Position numbers and translations under genes: made by a program. Of a DNA stretch of 64,000 bases, positions 1-8,488 are shown in pieces (within the stretch, counting starts at the first letter, position 1; each line of letters starts with the position of its first letter). This stretch comes from Pseudomonadota bacterium (GTDB lineage: Bacteria > Pseudomonadota > Gammaproteobacteria > Ga0077536): the NCBI GenBank assembly GCA_018668255.1, contig JABISZ010000054.1:7780-71779 (forward strand). Direction: 5' to 3'. The notes beneath the pieces were generated by a model. The model did not search any database and had not been told where the DNA came from. It was given only the letters and a program-made list of their open reading frames with translations.

Positions 1-498
1 ACAACGCTAGTACAAGGTATTTCAAGAGGGGACCGTATGGATTACGCCTTGCAGAAAGCTGTTGAACTGGGAGTGAACCATATTATCCCTGTTTATACCG
101 CCAGAAGCGCCGGTCGACTTGATGAGAAAAGAAAAGTCCGCAAGTTAGAACACTGGAAAGGTATCGTGCAACATGCAAGTGAACAGGCAGGTCGCAACAT
201 GGTTCCAACAATTGACCCCATACAAGAACTCAAAGAAAACGTGCTAGCGCTAGTCGGGGCAAATGTATATGTCTTGGATCCGCTTAGTAAGACGCCTCTT
301 TCAAAACAAAAACCAAGTGGCAATAAGATTGCAATCATCGCCGGACCCGAAGGAGGCTTCGATGGCAATGAGATTCATCAAATGTCACTGCGATATGGCG
401 CCACACCAGTATCGCTTGGGCCACGAACCTTACGGACAGAAACTGCAGCAGTATGCGCCTTAAGCGTTATACAGGCACTCTGGGGGGACCTCGGCTAA
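1..498 (+). CDS. rsmE: 16S rRNA m3U1498 methyltransferase RsmE (5' end outside window)
   Basis: Frame open from base 1: QGISRGDRMDYALQKAVELG, EQAGR, GPEGGF and SLGPRTLRTETA motifs of RsmE. Confidence 0.95.
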   Translation, partial: TTLVQGISRGDRMDYALQKAVELGVNHIIPVYTARSAGRLDEKRKVRKLEHWKGIVQHASEQAGRNMVPTIDPIQELKENVLALVGANVYVLDPLSKTPLSKQKPSGNKIAIIAGPEGGFDGNEIHQMSLRYGATPVSLGPRTLRTETAAVCALSVIQALWGDLG

Positions 499-708
499 TT
501 AAATCAATCGTACAACCGTCGTCATCCATTGTCGATACGCCAAATTTTCACCTATACTACCCAACATAAGGCAGTAATAATGCGACATTGCAACCCTTGA
601 GCAGGCACTGTTTAAGGCTCGCATCATCGGAAATACCGTCTGTGCTTTTTAAAAATATCAGGTTGACGCACTGCGGTGAGAGAAGCTCAATTGATCTAGG
701 TATCTGAA

Positions 709-2112
709 ATGAATGATAAACCAAGTATTCGTAAACCATGGGGGGGACGTTTTAATAGTCCCACCGACGCTTTCGTTGAAAGCTTTACTGCGTCGGTGAC
801 TTTTGATCAGCGACTAGCTATGTGTGATATTCGCGGCTCGATTGCTCATGTCACTATGCTAAGTGAAACTGGAATCATTACCGAAGATGAGAAAAAACTT
901 ATTGTTGATGGATTGGAAGCAATCAAAAGCACTATTAAAGCTGGGGACTTTAGTTGGTCAATAGCTCTTGAAGATGTTCACATGAATATAGAGCATGCTC
1001 TTGTCGAGGCTATTGGAGAAGTTGGCAAGAAATTGCACACCGCACGCTCAAGAAACGATCAGGTTGCAACAGATATTCGTCTTTATTTGCGAGCGCAAAC
1101 TGAAATCTTTCAGTCTCGTCTGCTAGAACTAATGACAACACTCATCGAGCTCGCAGAACGAGAAGCCGCTACGCTAATGCCAGGATATACTCACCTGCAA
1201 GCTGCTCAGCCGATTACGTTTGGACATCACATGCTAGCGTGGTTCGAAATGTTAATTAGAGATTACTCTCGATTTTCAGATTGTAAAAAAAGACTTAACT
1301 CCCTGCCGCTGGGAGCCGGAGCGTTGGCGGGGACAACCTTTCCCATTAATCGCCAACGAGTCGCTGAACTCCTGAAATTTGATACAGTAGCTGAAAACTC
1401 ACTAGATGCCGTCAGTGACCGAGACTTTGCCTTAGAATTCTCTTCTGCAGCGTCTATATTAATGATCCACTATTCCAGAATGGCTGAAGAGTTAGTGTTA
1501 TGGAACTCACAGGCTTTCGCTTTTGTCGAAATAGATGATGCCTTCTGCACAGGGTCTTCGATGATGCCACAGAAAAAAAATCCCGATGTGCCTGAACTAC
1601 TTAGAGGAAAATCTGGCCGCGTGGTAGGTAATCTGATGGCCTTACTTACTTTAATGAAGTCGCAACCTCTTGCCTACAATAAAGACAACCAGGAGGACAA
1701 AGAACCAATTTTTGACACAATTGATACCATCAACGACTGCACACGTGCGCTCACAGAGTTGATACCTTCGTTGAGAACCAATGAAGATCGCATGAGGGCG
1801 GCAGCGGCACATGGTTTTATCACCGCCACCGATTTAGCAGACCACCTTGTTCGACTAGGCCTGCATTTTAGAGATGCCCATGAAGTGGTCGGGAAGGTCG
1901 TCAATTTAGCTCTTAGCAAGGACTGCCAGATGCACGAATTGTCTTTAGCTGAGTTTAGAACCTTTGATGAGCGTTTAGATGAAAGCGTCTATAACATTCT
2001 TGATATGGATAATGCTCTAGATAGCAGAAAGCATTGGGGCGGAACTGCGCCATTAGCCGTGCGTGAGGCTTGCGCTCGGGCAAGAAATCGGCTGAAGGAT
2101 CTCGACTACTAA
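709..2112 (+). CDS. argH: Argininosuccinate lyase
   Basis: WGGRF N-terminus, LHTARSRNDQVATD, GSSMMPQKKNPD signature. Confidence 0.98.
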   Translation: MNDKPSIRKPWGGRFNSPTDAFVESFTASVTFDQRLAMCDIRGSIAHVTMLSETGIITEDEKKLIVDGLEAIKSTIKAGDFSWSIALEDVHMNIEHALVEAIGEVGKKLHTARSRNDQVATDIRLYLRAQTEIFQSRLLELMTTLIELAEREAATLMPGYTHLQAAQPITFGHHMLAWFEMLIRDYSRFSDCKKRLNSLPLGAGALAGTTFPINRQRVAELLKFDTVAENSLDAVSDRDFALEFSSAASILMIHYSRMAEELVLWNSQAFAFVEIDDAFCTGSSMMPQKKNPDVPELLRGKSGRVVGNLMALLTLMKSQPLAYNKDNQEDKEPIFDTIDTINDCTRALTELIPSLRTNEDRMRAAAAHGFITATDLADHLVRLGLHFRDAHEVVGKVVNLALSKDCQMHELSLAEFRTFDERLDESVYNILDMDNALDSRKHWGGTAPLAVREACARARNRLKDLDY

Positions 2113-2123
2113 GGGTTCCGCTA

Positions 2124-2933
2124 ATGACCAAAACACGGCTCCTAAAGTTTTTAGCCAGTTTCATATTGATAGTCGTTTTTATAAGCTGCATAACTATGCT
2201 AACTAACCCAAACAACTATAAAAACTTTATAGCTGACAAATTTCACAGCGAAACGGGATATCAGCTTCACTTAACTGGAGACATAGAGCTTTCGTGGTGG
2301 CCTAACATCACAGGCTTAATTAATAACATCTCTGTCGGCAACAGTTCTGATGATAAAACTTGGTTTATAGCTGAAAAACTGTCTATCTCCACTGATTCCG
2401 CTCAACTAGTGAAAAACTATGGTGTACCTGATGTTGTTCAGCTTTTGGCTACTGATGGAGTATTGAACGGATTTGATGTTGTAGGTATTCTTAATGTTTT
2501 GGAGCGCATTATTGAGTGTAAGTGCCTTTTACCTATTCCTACTTCAGGGGAAACTCGGTTCGAGACTTTAACTGCCAAAGTTTTTATGCAAAACCAAGTC
2601 TATAGTAATCAAGACTTATACATCCAAGGATCAGGCTTCACTTTAACGGGTAAAGGAACCCTAGCCGACATCAAGAAATCTTCAGTCGATTATGACTTGA
2701 TACTGTATGTCGATGCAATGTCCGAACAGTCTCAATTGCAAAACAGCAACCTCGGAAATTACACAATTGCGATCCACTGTTATGGAGATCTATCGGATCC
2801 TACATGTACACCAGACTTGAGTACAATAGTCGAACAAATCATCAAAAAAGACAGCAAAAAAAAAATCAAAAAACTAGAGAAAAAAATAATAAAAGAGGCC
2901 GAAAAATTCTTAAAGGGACTACTACAGTTCTGA
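2124..2933 (+). CDS. Short AsmA-family protein
   Basis: N-terminal TM followed by NPNNYKNFI...TGYQLHLTGDIELSWWP (AsmA N-term); C-terminal GETRFETLTA...NQDL...GKGTLAD...VDYDL; directly upstream of mutY like asmA in many Gammaproteobacteria. ATG 2124 preferred to the track start inside argH. Confidence 0.7.
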   Translation: MTKTRLLKFLASFILIVVFISCITMLTNPNNYKNFIADKFHSETGYQLHLTGDIELSWWPNITGLINNISVGNSSDDKTWFIAEKLSISTDSAQLVKNYGVPDVVQLLATDGVLNGFDVVGILNVLERIIECKCLLPIPTSGETRFETLTAKVFMQNQVYSNQDLYIQGSGFTLTGKGTLADIKKSSVDYDLILYVDAMSEQSQLQNSNLGNYTIAIHCYGDLSDPTCTPDLSTIVEQIIKKDSKKKIKKLEKKIIKEAEKFLKGLLQF

Positions 2934-2934
2934 A

Positions 2935-3537
2935 ATGAAGAACGCACTAACTCTCTCGGCGCTATTCAGAAACATAGAGTTTCTAGTCATTCTAATGATC
3001 ATCTCATTGGTCAATGGCGGTGTTCTGGCAAATCAACGGCCTGTTCTAAAGAGCTTCGAAGTAATCGATGGCGCCTATCTTTATAAATACTCTCAAGTGA
3101 TCAACGCGCGCGCCCAAGATGTTTATGCCGTACTTAGCGAACATAACAAAATATCCCAATTGAATCCAAACGTACAAGCCAGCGCTGTCATCAGTCGGGA
3201 TGGCGACACATTGAAAAGACTACTCAGGATTAAACAGTGCATCTTTTTTTTCTGCTTCAAGATGAAATTGGTCGAGCATATCGTTGAAACCAGAAATGAA
3301 ATAAAAAGTACGATTCTGCCCAAAGAAAGCGATTTTTCAGAAGGGTTTTCACATTGGCGATTGGACAGTATCGGATCAAAAGAAACCATGCTTACTTTAA
3401 GCGCAAGACAAAAGCCCAACTTCTGGATCCCACCAATAATAGGTGCAGCCATCATTCGATCTGTACTAAAAGAACAACTCGGAATAACTTTCAACTCGAT
3501 CCGCTTAGTAGCCCAAAATAAAGCGACAAAAAAATAA
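2935..3537 (+). CDS. SRPBCC/START-like (polyketide cyclase) family protein
   Basis: INARAQDVYAVLSEH, CIFFFC, G.SHWRL and KPNFWIPPIIG pattern typical of SRPBCC-fold proteins. Confidence 0.6.
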   Translation: MKNALTLSALFRNIEFLVILMIISLVNGGVLANQRPVLKSFEVIDGAYLYKYSQVINARAQDVYAVLSEHNKISQLNPNVQASAVISRDGDTLKRLLRIKQCIFFFCFKMKLVEHIVETRNEIKSTILPKESDFSEGFSHWRLDSIGSKETMLTLSARQKPNFWIPPIIGAAIIRSVLKEQLGITFNSIRLVAQNKATKK

Positions 3538-3540
3538 AAA

Positions 3541-4605
3541 ATGGACAAGCGACTCTCTTTCTCTCAGAAATTAATCGACTGGCATCAAGTCCATGGTCGA
3601 CATGACTTGCCATGGCAGGCTGATCAAACCGCTTATCGTGTTTGGATTTCCGAGATTATGCTACAGCAAACCCAGGTAGCTACTGTAATTCCATATTTCA
3701 ACAAATTTATACTAAACTTTCCAACAATTAAGTCTCTTGCCTCGGCAGGGGAGGATGACGTTCTGAGACTTTGGACGGGACTAGGATATTACTCTCGAGC
3801 AAGAAATCTAATGAAAACCGCTCAACTAATCCAAACACTTCATGATGGAGAATTCCCGACAAACATTGATCTTCTGATTGCCTTACCTGGCATAGGGCGC
3901 TCGACTGCCGGTGCTATAATTTCTTTAGCTTTCGAGGCAAAGGCGGCAATCTTGGACGGTAATGTTAAACGTGTTCTAGCACGTTATCATGGGATCCGAG
4001 GTTGGCCCGGACATGGAAAGATCGAGAAAAAATTCTGGGCTGTCGCCGAAGCCTCACTTCCTGATAAGAACTATCGCACTTATTCGCAAAGCGTTATGGA
4101 CCTTGGAGCTACTTTATGCACTCGTGCCAAACCTGAGTGCATACGATGTCCCTTACGAAAAGGATGTCACGCGTTCAAACACGACGTAATCACCGACCTC
4201 CCAGGGAAAAAACCTCGTCAAACCCTTAAAAGACAAAATTTTTTTTTCATGATCATAATAAATCAATTAGGTGACATACTGCTGCAAAAGCAACCTGAAA
4301 AAGGCGTGTGGGGTGGCCTGTGGAGCTTTCCTAAAGCTGCGGATAAGAAAGACTGTGATATTTTCCTCAACGATTTATTTTCGGTTAAGTGGCAACGAGT
4401 GAAAGAGATGGACTCCTTTCAACATCGCCTTACTCATTTAGAATTCCGAATCACTCCTCTTTTGTTTAGCTCATCCGCAACCAGGAAAGAAACCGTGCTT
4501 ACAGATAACCTAACGTGGCATAAAATCCACAAAAAAATGTCTGTGGGTCTACCTGCTCCGGTAAAAAATCTGATCCTAGAAGTCGCAAAAGTGAATAGTC
4601 ATTAG
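3541..4605 (+). CDS. mutY: A/G-specific adenine DNA glycosylase MutY
   Basis: VWISEIMLQQTQV, GLGYYSRARNL, HhH-GPD LPGIGRSTAGA, DGNVKRV, Fe-S CTRAKPECIRCPLRKGC. Confidence 0.98.
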   Translation: MDKRLSFSQKLIDWHQVHGRHDLPWQADQTAYRVWISEIMLQQTQVATVIPYFNKFILNFPTIKSLASAGEDDVLRLWTGLGYYSRARNLMKTAQLIQTLHDGEFPTNIDLLIALPGIGRSTAGAIISLAFEAKAAILDGNVKRVLARYHGIRGWPGHGKIEKKFWAVAEASLPDKNYRTYSQSVMDLGATLCTRAKPECIRCPLRKGCHAFKHDVITDLPGKKPRQTLKRQNFFFMIIINQLGDILLQKQPEKGVWGGLWSFPKAADKKDCDIFLNDLFSVKWQRVKEMDSFQHRLTHLEFRITPLLFSSSATRKETVLTDNLTWHKIHKKMSVGLPAPVKNLILEVAKVNSH

Positions 4606-4617
4606 GGAACTGCTATA

Positions 4618-4893
4618 ATGAACGATATGAGTACAGTACAGTGCGTAAAATTAGACCGAGAGGGCGAAGCTCTATCGCGAGCGCCATACCCCGGTGAATT
4701 GGGACAACGAATATTGGCTGGCGTCTGTAAAGAAGCATGGCAGGGCTGGCTAGGCCACCAAACCATGCTCATCAATGAAAACCGATTGACGCCTATCGAG
4801 GCTAAAGATCGAAAGTTTTTAGAAACTGAAATGGAAAAATACTTCTTTGGGGAAGGCTCAGAAGCCCCTAAAGACTTTATTCAACCTAAATAA
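4618..4893 (+). CDS. yggX: Fe(II)-trafficking / oxidative damage protection protein YggX
   Basis: YPGELGQRI, WLGHQTMLINENRL; downstream of mutY. Confidence 0.95.
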   Translation: MNDMSTVQCVKLDREGEALSRAPYPGELGQRILAGVCKEAWQGWLGHQTMLINENRLTPIEAKDRKFLETEMEKYFFGEGSEAPKDFIQPK

Positions 4894-4929
4894 CAAAAAA
4901 GACACTATATGAACAACCTGTATAAGTTC

Positions 4930-5165
4930 GGATTTCCAGGACCGCGGGTTGGAGTACTAACTGTCATAGAGCGTCCGTAAGATTTGTAGAAAAATATCGT
5001 GTGGCGGAAGAGACAGGTCAGTTAGTACAATCGCTAGAGATAGCCGACGACCGGCACGATCGTACCCTAACTATGACTCGCTATTTTGATCGTAAGGAAA
5101 AATAGTATGGCCGTCGACGAGGCGTAACATTCTGTCCTGCAAACCAGCGCGGACAGAATGTTATA
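4930..5165 (+). ncRNA. Candidate structured non-coding RNA, family not recognised
   Basis: Several helices in a 280-bp gap between convergent genes: GTACTAACTG 4954-4963 / CAGTTAGTAC 5019-5028; CGACGACC 5045-5052 / GGCCGTCG 5109-5116; CTATTTT / AAAATAG hairpin; 13-bp terminal hairpin. Strand inferred from a weak promoter-like sequence at 4899-4928. Confidence 0.45.
5125..5163. terminator. Perfect 13-bp inverted repeat (terminator or terminal RNA helix)
   Basis: TAACATTCTGTCC 5125-5137 / GGACAGAATGTTA 5151-5163, between convergent transcription units; no long T-tail. Confidence 0.55.
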
Positions 5166-5174
5166 CAACTTAAT

Positions 5175-5564
5175 TTAGCCGATTAGCTTCAGCCCCATAA
5201 TCACAAGCAATATAAGCTGCACGCTGTAAAGCGTTGCTCTCAATAGAACCGGATAAAAGGATGTGGAGATTAAATGGACTACGGATTGCCCTATTCTGCA
5301 GTATAAAAATATTGCAGCTAAGCCATTGATGACTTCCGTTTTCCCTAAAAATACTGCTAGTAGCATTATACCGAGAGCAGGAGCTAAATTTTCGAGTGTG
5401 TTGCCCAGAGCACGAGTTGCGCGCAAACCGAAGTCGCTGAGATCGCTTCCGTCGTTTCTGAAGCTATATCTAACTCCCTTTTCCGTGATGCGCACTGCGA
5501 CTAGCAGAAAAGAGAGCGCAATCGCCCAAAGCACGAGGTACACGATGACTTGAATAGTATCCAT
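5175..5564 (-). CDS. MAPEG family membrane protein
   Basis: Hydrophobic segments with RATRALGNTLENL and FLYCRIGQSVVH motifs. Confidence 0.85.
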   Translation of the reverse strand: MDTIQVIVYLVLWAIALSFLLVAVRITEKGVRYSFRNDGSDLSDFGLRATRALGNTLENLAPALGIMLLAVFLGKTEVINGLAAIFLYCRIGQSVVHLISTSFYPVLLRATLYSVQLILLVIMGLKLIG

Positions 5565-5653
5565 TTAAATCCCCTTTGAAACATTTAATTACTATGTATC
5601 TGCATAATAACGGGAATTATGTGTGGTTGCGATCTTTAATCGTGTCTCTATTT

Positions 5654-6040
5654 TTATTGATTCAGTTGTAGTTCCTTAATCGCGTCAATGATTTGACAAT
5701 GATAGGAAGAGCTTGCACACAATATTCCTTTATTTCCAAGCATTCCTTCAGCATCAGAAACTACCGCGCCAGCGTCGGTCGCTATTAGAAATCCTGCTGC
5801 GTCATCCCAAATTTTTTCTATGTAGTACCGGTCTGTTAGTAGTCTGATAAACGCGTCAGCTTGACCTCTACTTACTATTGTATATTTGCATTGACTATCT
5901 ATTTTTGGTTTATAATTTTTTTTATTAAGGGCTTTCGCGATCCGGTCGTTCTTTTTTGTGACCGAGTGAAGGGGCTCCACAGAGCCACATATCTTTATTT
6001 CGCTTGATTCCTCTGCTAAGGACCGCTCTAAATTTAGTCG
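5654..6040 (-). pseudogene. C-terminal remnant of a HAL2/CysQ-type 3'(2'),5'-bisphosphate nucleotidase (inositol monophosphatase family)
   Basis: ICGSVEPLHS, DSQCKY.IVSRGQAD and EKIWDDAAG...AGAVVSDAEG motifs; in-frame TAG at 6041-6043; the N-terminal DPIDGT half is absent. Confidence 0.65.
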
Positions 6041-6052
6041 CTACTCCGTCAA

Positions 6053-6805
6053 TCAAAGTAGCAGTATCCAAAAACCTGAGACCATCATTAAAATCGCGGG
6101 TATTGCGGCGATATAACCAGAAAGAACCCGCTCGAAAAGCATAAAAAAGCATAATGCGCTCATCGTCAAAAGACTCATCGTACCGCCGGCAAACATTAAT
6201 AACATCAGCATCCAACAGCAACCAACGCAATATAAGCCATGTCTAGCTCCCATTATGGAAGCGCCCAACAAACCGTCACGCCAGTTCCCTATGAAAAACC
6301 CTAACGGGCTCTGACAGTGTCTGAGGCACATTTCCTTCATCGGGCTTAGTTGATAGAGTCCCGCAAGGATCAACAATAGGCCGGCTAAAATGGCCTTTAA
6401 AGAAAAAGAGCCTGCCTGAAGATATCCCATTGTATTCGCTAGATACTGCAGACATGCCGCCATAAGGGCAAATATAAACCACACAAACAGATAGCCGGAG
6501 AAAAAGAGTAAACTAGCCCGATTAGTTTGAGTCCCCTTATACACCTGACGAAAAACTATCCCTGTTGGCAAAACAACGGGGACCATCATGGCGATCATCA
6601 TCACCATCCACATGCTCGCTGTAACTGTGAGGTAAGTCGTCATATCTGTAGGGTGCATCATTACATGCATAAAGAACTTGTCGACGTCTAACTCGCCGCC
6701 GCTCCACGATATTGAAGGCATCGTCAGAATCCACCATGACACAGCGGTAAGACTTATAAGGACAAACCATGTCAGTAGATTTTGAATACGATAATAAAGA
6801 CGCAT
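6053..6805 (-). CDS. DUF2182 predicted metal-binding integral membrane protein
   Basis: WMVMMIAMMVP, YQLSPMKEMCLRHCQSP and GLYCVGCCWMLMLLMFAGG motifs. Confidence 0.92.
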   Translation of the reverse strand: MRLYYRIQNLLTWFVLISLTAVSWWILTMPSISWSGGELDVDKFFMHVMMHPTDMTTYLTVTASMWMVMMIAMMVPVVLPTGIVFRQVYKGTQTNRASLLFFSGYLFVWFIFALMAACLQYLANTMGYLQAGSFSLKAILAGLLLILAGLYQLSPMKEMCLRHCQSPLGFFIGNWRDGLLGASIMGARHGLYCVGCCWMLMLLMFAGGTMSLLTMSALCFFMLFERVLSGYIAAIPAILMMVSGFWILLL

Positions 6806-6819
6806 CCTATCGTCTCAAT

Positions 6820-7446
6820 TCAAGCAACCTCTCCTGACCAGTCAAATGGCGCGAAATGTCCATTAGTGCTCTCGGTATTATCTTCCCAATGAATACCAAA
6901 CGCGCTGATGACATTGCGTATTGCAGTTGCGAGGTTAAGACGCTTATTGACTGGGTGCGAAGTGTTGTCAATCGCAACACACTCGCCAGGGATAGAAAAA
7001 CTCTCAACACCTTCAATAGATTGATCCAACAAGTCACCTATTTTTACACTGACATTATTCCCATCTCTAACAAACTCGATAGGATGTCTTTCAACGCCAC
7101 GAAAATCACTAATCATTGGAGCAAACATTCCGACTCCTTGATCTGCAGGAGTCGTACATAACGCAACTATTGCATCTACTTGGGCATCAGATGCTGAGGA
7201 GTCAACGACCAGTCCTCCAATCCATCCGCCTTCGGACATTATAGCCTTCGACTGGGCAAACATAGTCCAGCGGACACCATTCAGTGACACGCCGGCATAT
7301 GAGCCAACTGTCGTGGAGAAAGCCAACGCTACTTTACAAAAGTCGTATGTCGCAGCTGTAGTAGAGTTCTTCGGTATGCAAGGACATAGAAATTCACAAC
7401 TGCAGGCCTCCATATACTCCCCAGACATATTCCATTTTTGTGCCAT
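6820..7446 (-). CDS. DUF1326 domain protein
   Basis: W.MSGEYMEACSCEFLCPC N-terminal Cys cluster, C-terminal NGHFAPFDW; GAGGGG RBS before ATG 7446; usual partner of DUF2182. Confidence 0.9.
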   Translation of the reverse strand: MAQKWNMSGEYMEACSCEFLCPCIPKNSTTAATYDFCKVALAFSTTVGSYAGVSLNGVRWTMFAQSKAIMSEGGWIGGLVVDSSASDAQVDAIVALCTTPADQGVGMFAPMISDFRGVERHPIEFVRDGNNVSVKIGDLLDQSIEGVESFSIPGECVAIDNTSHPVNKRLNLATAIRNVISAFGIHWEDNTESTNGHFAPFDWSGEVA

Positions 7447-7697
7447 TTTATATCCCCTCAAATAAACGACATGAATCGTCTATTAAACTACACGATAATT
7501 AGGCAACAAACAAAGCTCCACCAACGACTTGAATACTTGAGAGGCCACTCGGTAGCTCGAAATACACAACTAATAAAATATTTAGAACTATGATCACTAA
7601 TGGCAGTCGTGTTAAAATATTAAAATCGAGAAGCTTAATCTGTTACGTAAAACTAACCAGCTAATCTGCTGGGGGAATTACGCCAAAGCACTCGAAT

Positions 7698-7773
7698 GGC
7701 CTGGTAGCTCAGTCGGTAGAGCAGTGGACTGAAAATCCTCGTGTCGGTAGTTCGAATCTACCCCAGGCCACCA
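7698..7773 (+). tRNA. tRNA-Phe (GAA)
   Basis: GGCCTGG acceptor stem, TAGCTCAGTCGGTAGAGC D-arm, CT-GAA-AA anticodon loop, GTTCGAAT T-loop, 3' CCA. Confidence 0.98.
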
Positions 7774-8048
7774 CTCCCCAAAAAAAGCAGGTGCAATTAA
7801 GCCTCCAAAACCCTTAAGTTCATTCCAGAGTGTCCAGTACAAAAAACTGTAGACAGATCTGCAAACTCCCTCAGACACGGTAACCGTCGTCCGTCTTTTT
7901 CACCTAAGGTGCCACAAATTTGATCCCGCGGCCTGCTTTCATCGTACATAACACTAAAGTTGAAAATCTTCAGACCTTTAATCATCGGGGCTTACCTGAA
8001 ATGTTTTTAATTTAACGAGTCTATGAAAATTAGGGAAGTAAGTATTTT

Positions 8049-8450
8049 ATGAATAGATCCTTAGAAAAAACTTTACAAGATGCTGATGTTAGTCTCAGCG
8101 TACTTCAAGCTCTTGCCGACAATAGCTTTGATTCTGTTCTTGTCACCGATGCGACCAAAGCAGGGAAAATTATCTACGCGAATAAGTCATTCAGTAAATT
8201 GACAGGCTATACACAATCAGAAGTAACTGGTAAAACTCCAAGAATTTTACAGGGTCCCGCAACCGACAAAAAAGTCGTAGGTCGTCTGAGGGAAGCGCTT
8301 ATGCAAGGCAAAAAATTTGAAGGGAAAGCCATTAACTATAAAAAGAATGGAACTCCATTTATTATGTATTGGAGAGTAGTTCCGGCCCGCGTCGGAAAAG
8401 ATACAAAAGTATGGATAGCTATCCAACGAGAGGGAGTTGCGGTGGAGTAG
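8049..8450 (+). CDS. Stand-alone PAS domain protein
   Basis: DSVLVTDA, IIYANKSF.KLTGY, GKTPRILQG, NYKKNGTPF; no output domain; lacks the LOV Cys (GxNCRFLQ). Confidence 0.88.
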   Translation: MNRSLEKTLQDADVSLSVLQALADNSFDSVLVTDATKAGKIIYANKSFSKLTGYTQSEVTGKTPRILQGPATDKKVVGRLREALMQGKKFEGKAINYKKNGTPFIMYWRVVPARVGKDTKVWIAIQREGVAVE

Positions 8451-8488
8451 TGCGTCGCCTGTTTGGAGATTTCAAATAGTGACTATTG

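Noticed and set aside
5068-5079. TAACTATGACTC resembles a conserved large-subunit rRNA segment
   Set aside because: A 12-nt match only; the flanks are not rRNA-like
4930-5165. Retron msr-msd, CsrB/Rsm sRNA, 6S RNA or small ribozyme identity for the structured region
   Set aside because: No reverse transcriptase in the window, GGA motifs are not in repeated hairpin loops, it is not a single long 6S-type rod, and I saw no hammerhead, twister or pistol core
7543-7560. GGCCACTCGGTAGCTCGA as a degenerate duplicate of the tRNA-Phe 5' end
   Set aside because: Too short and gapped; no cloverleaf
8049-8450. LOV blue-light photoreceptor
   Set aside because: Lacks the GxNCRFLQ cysteine
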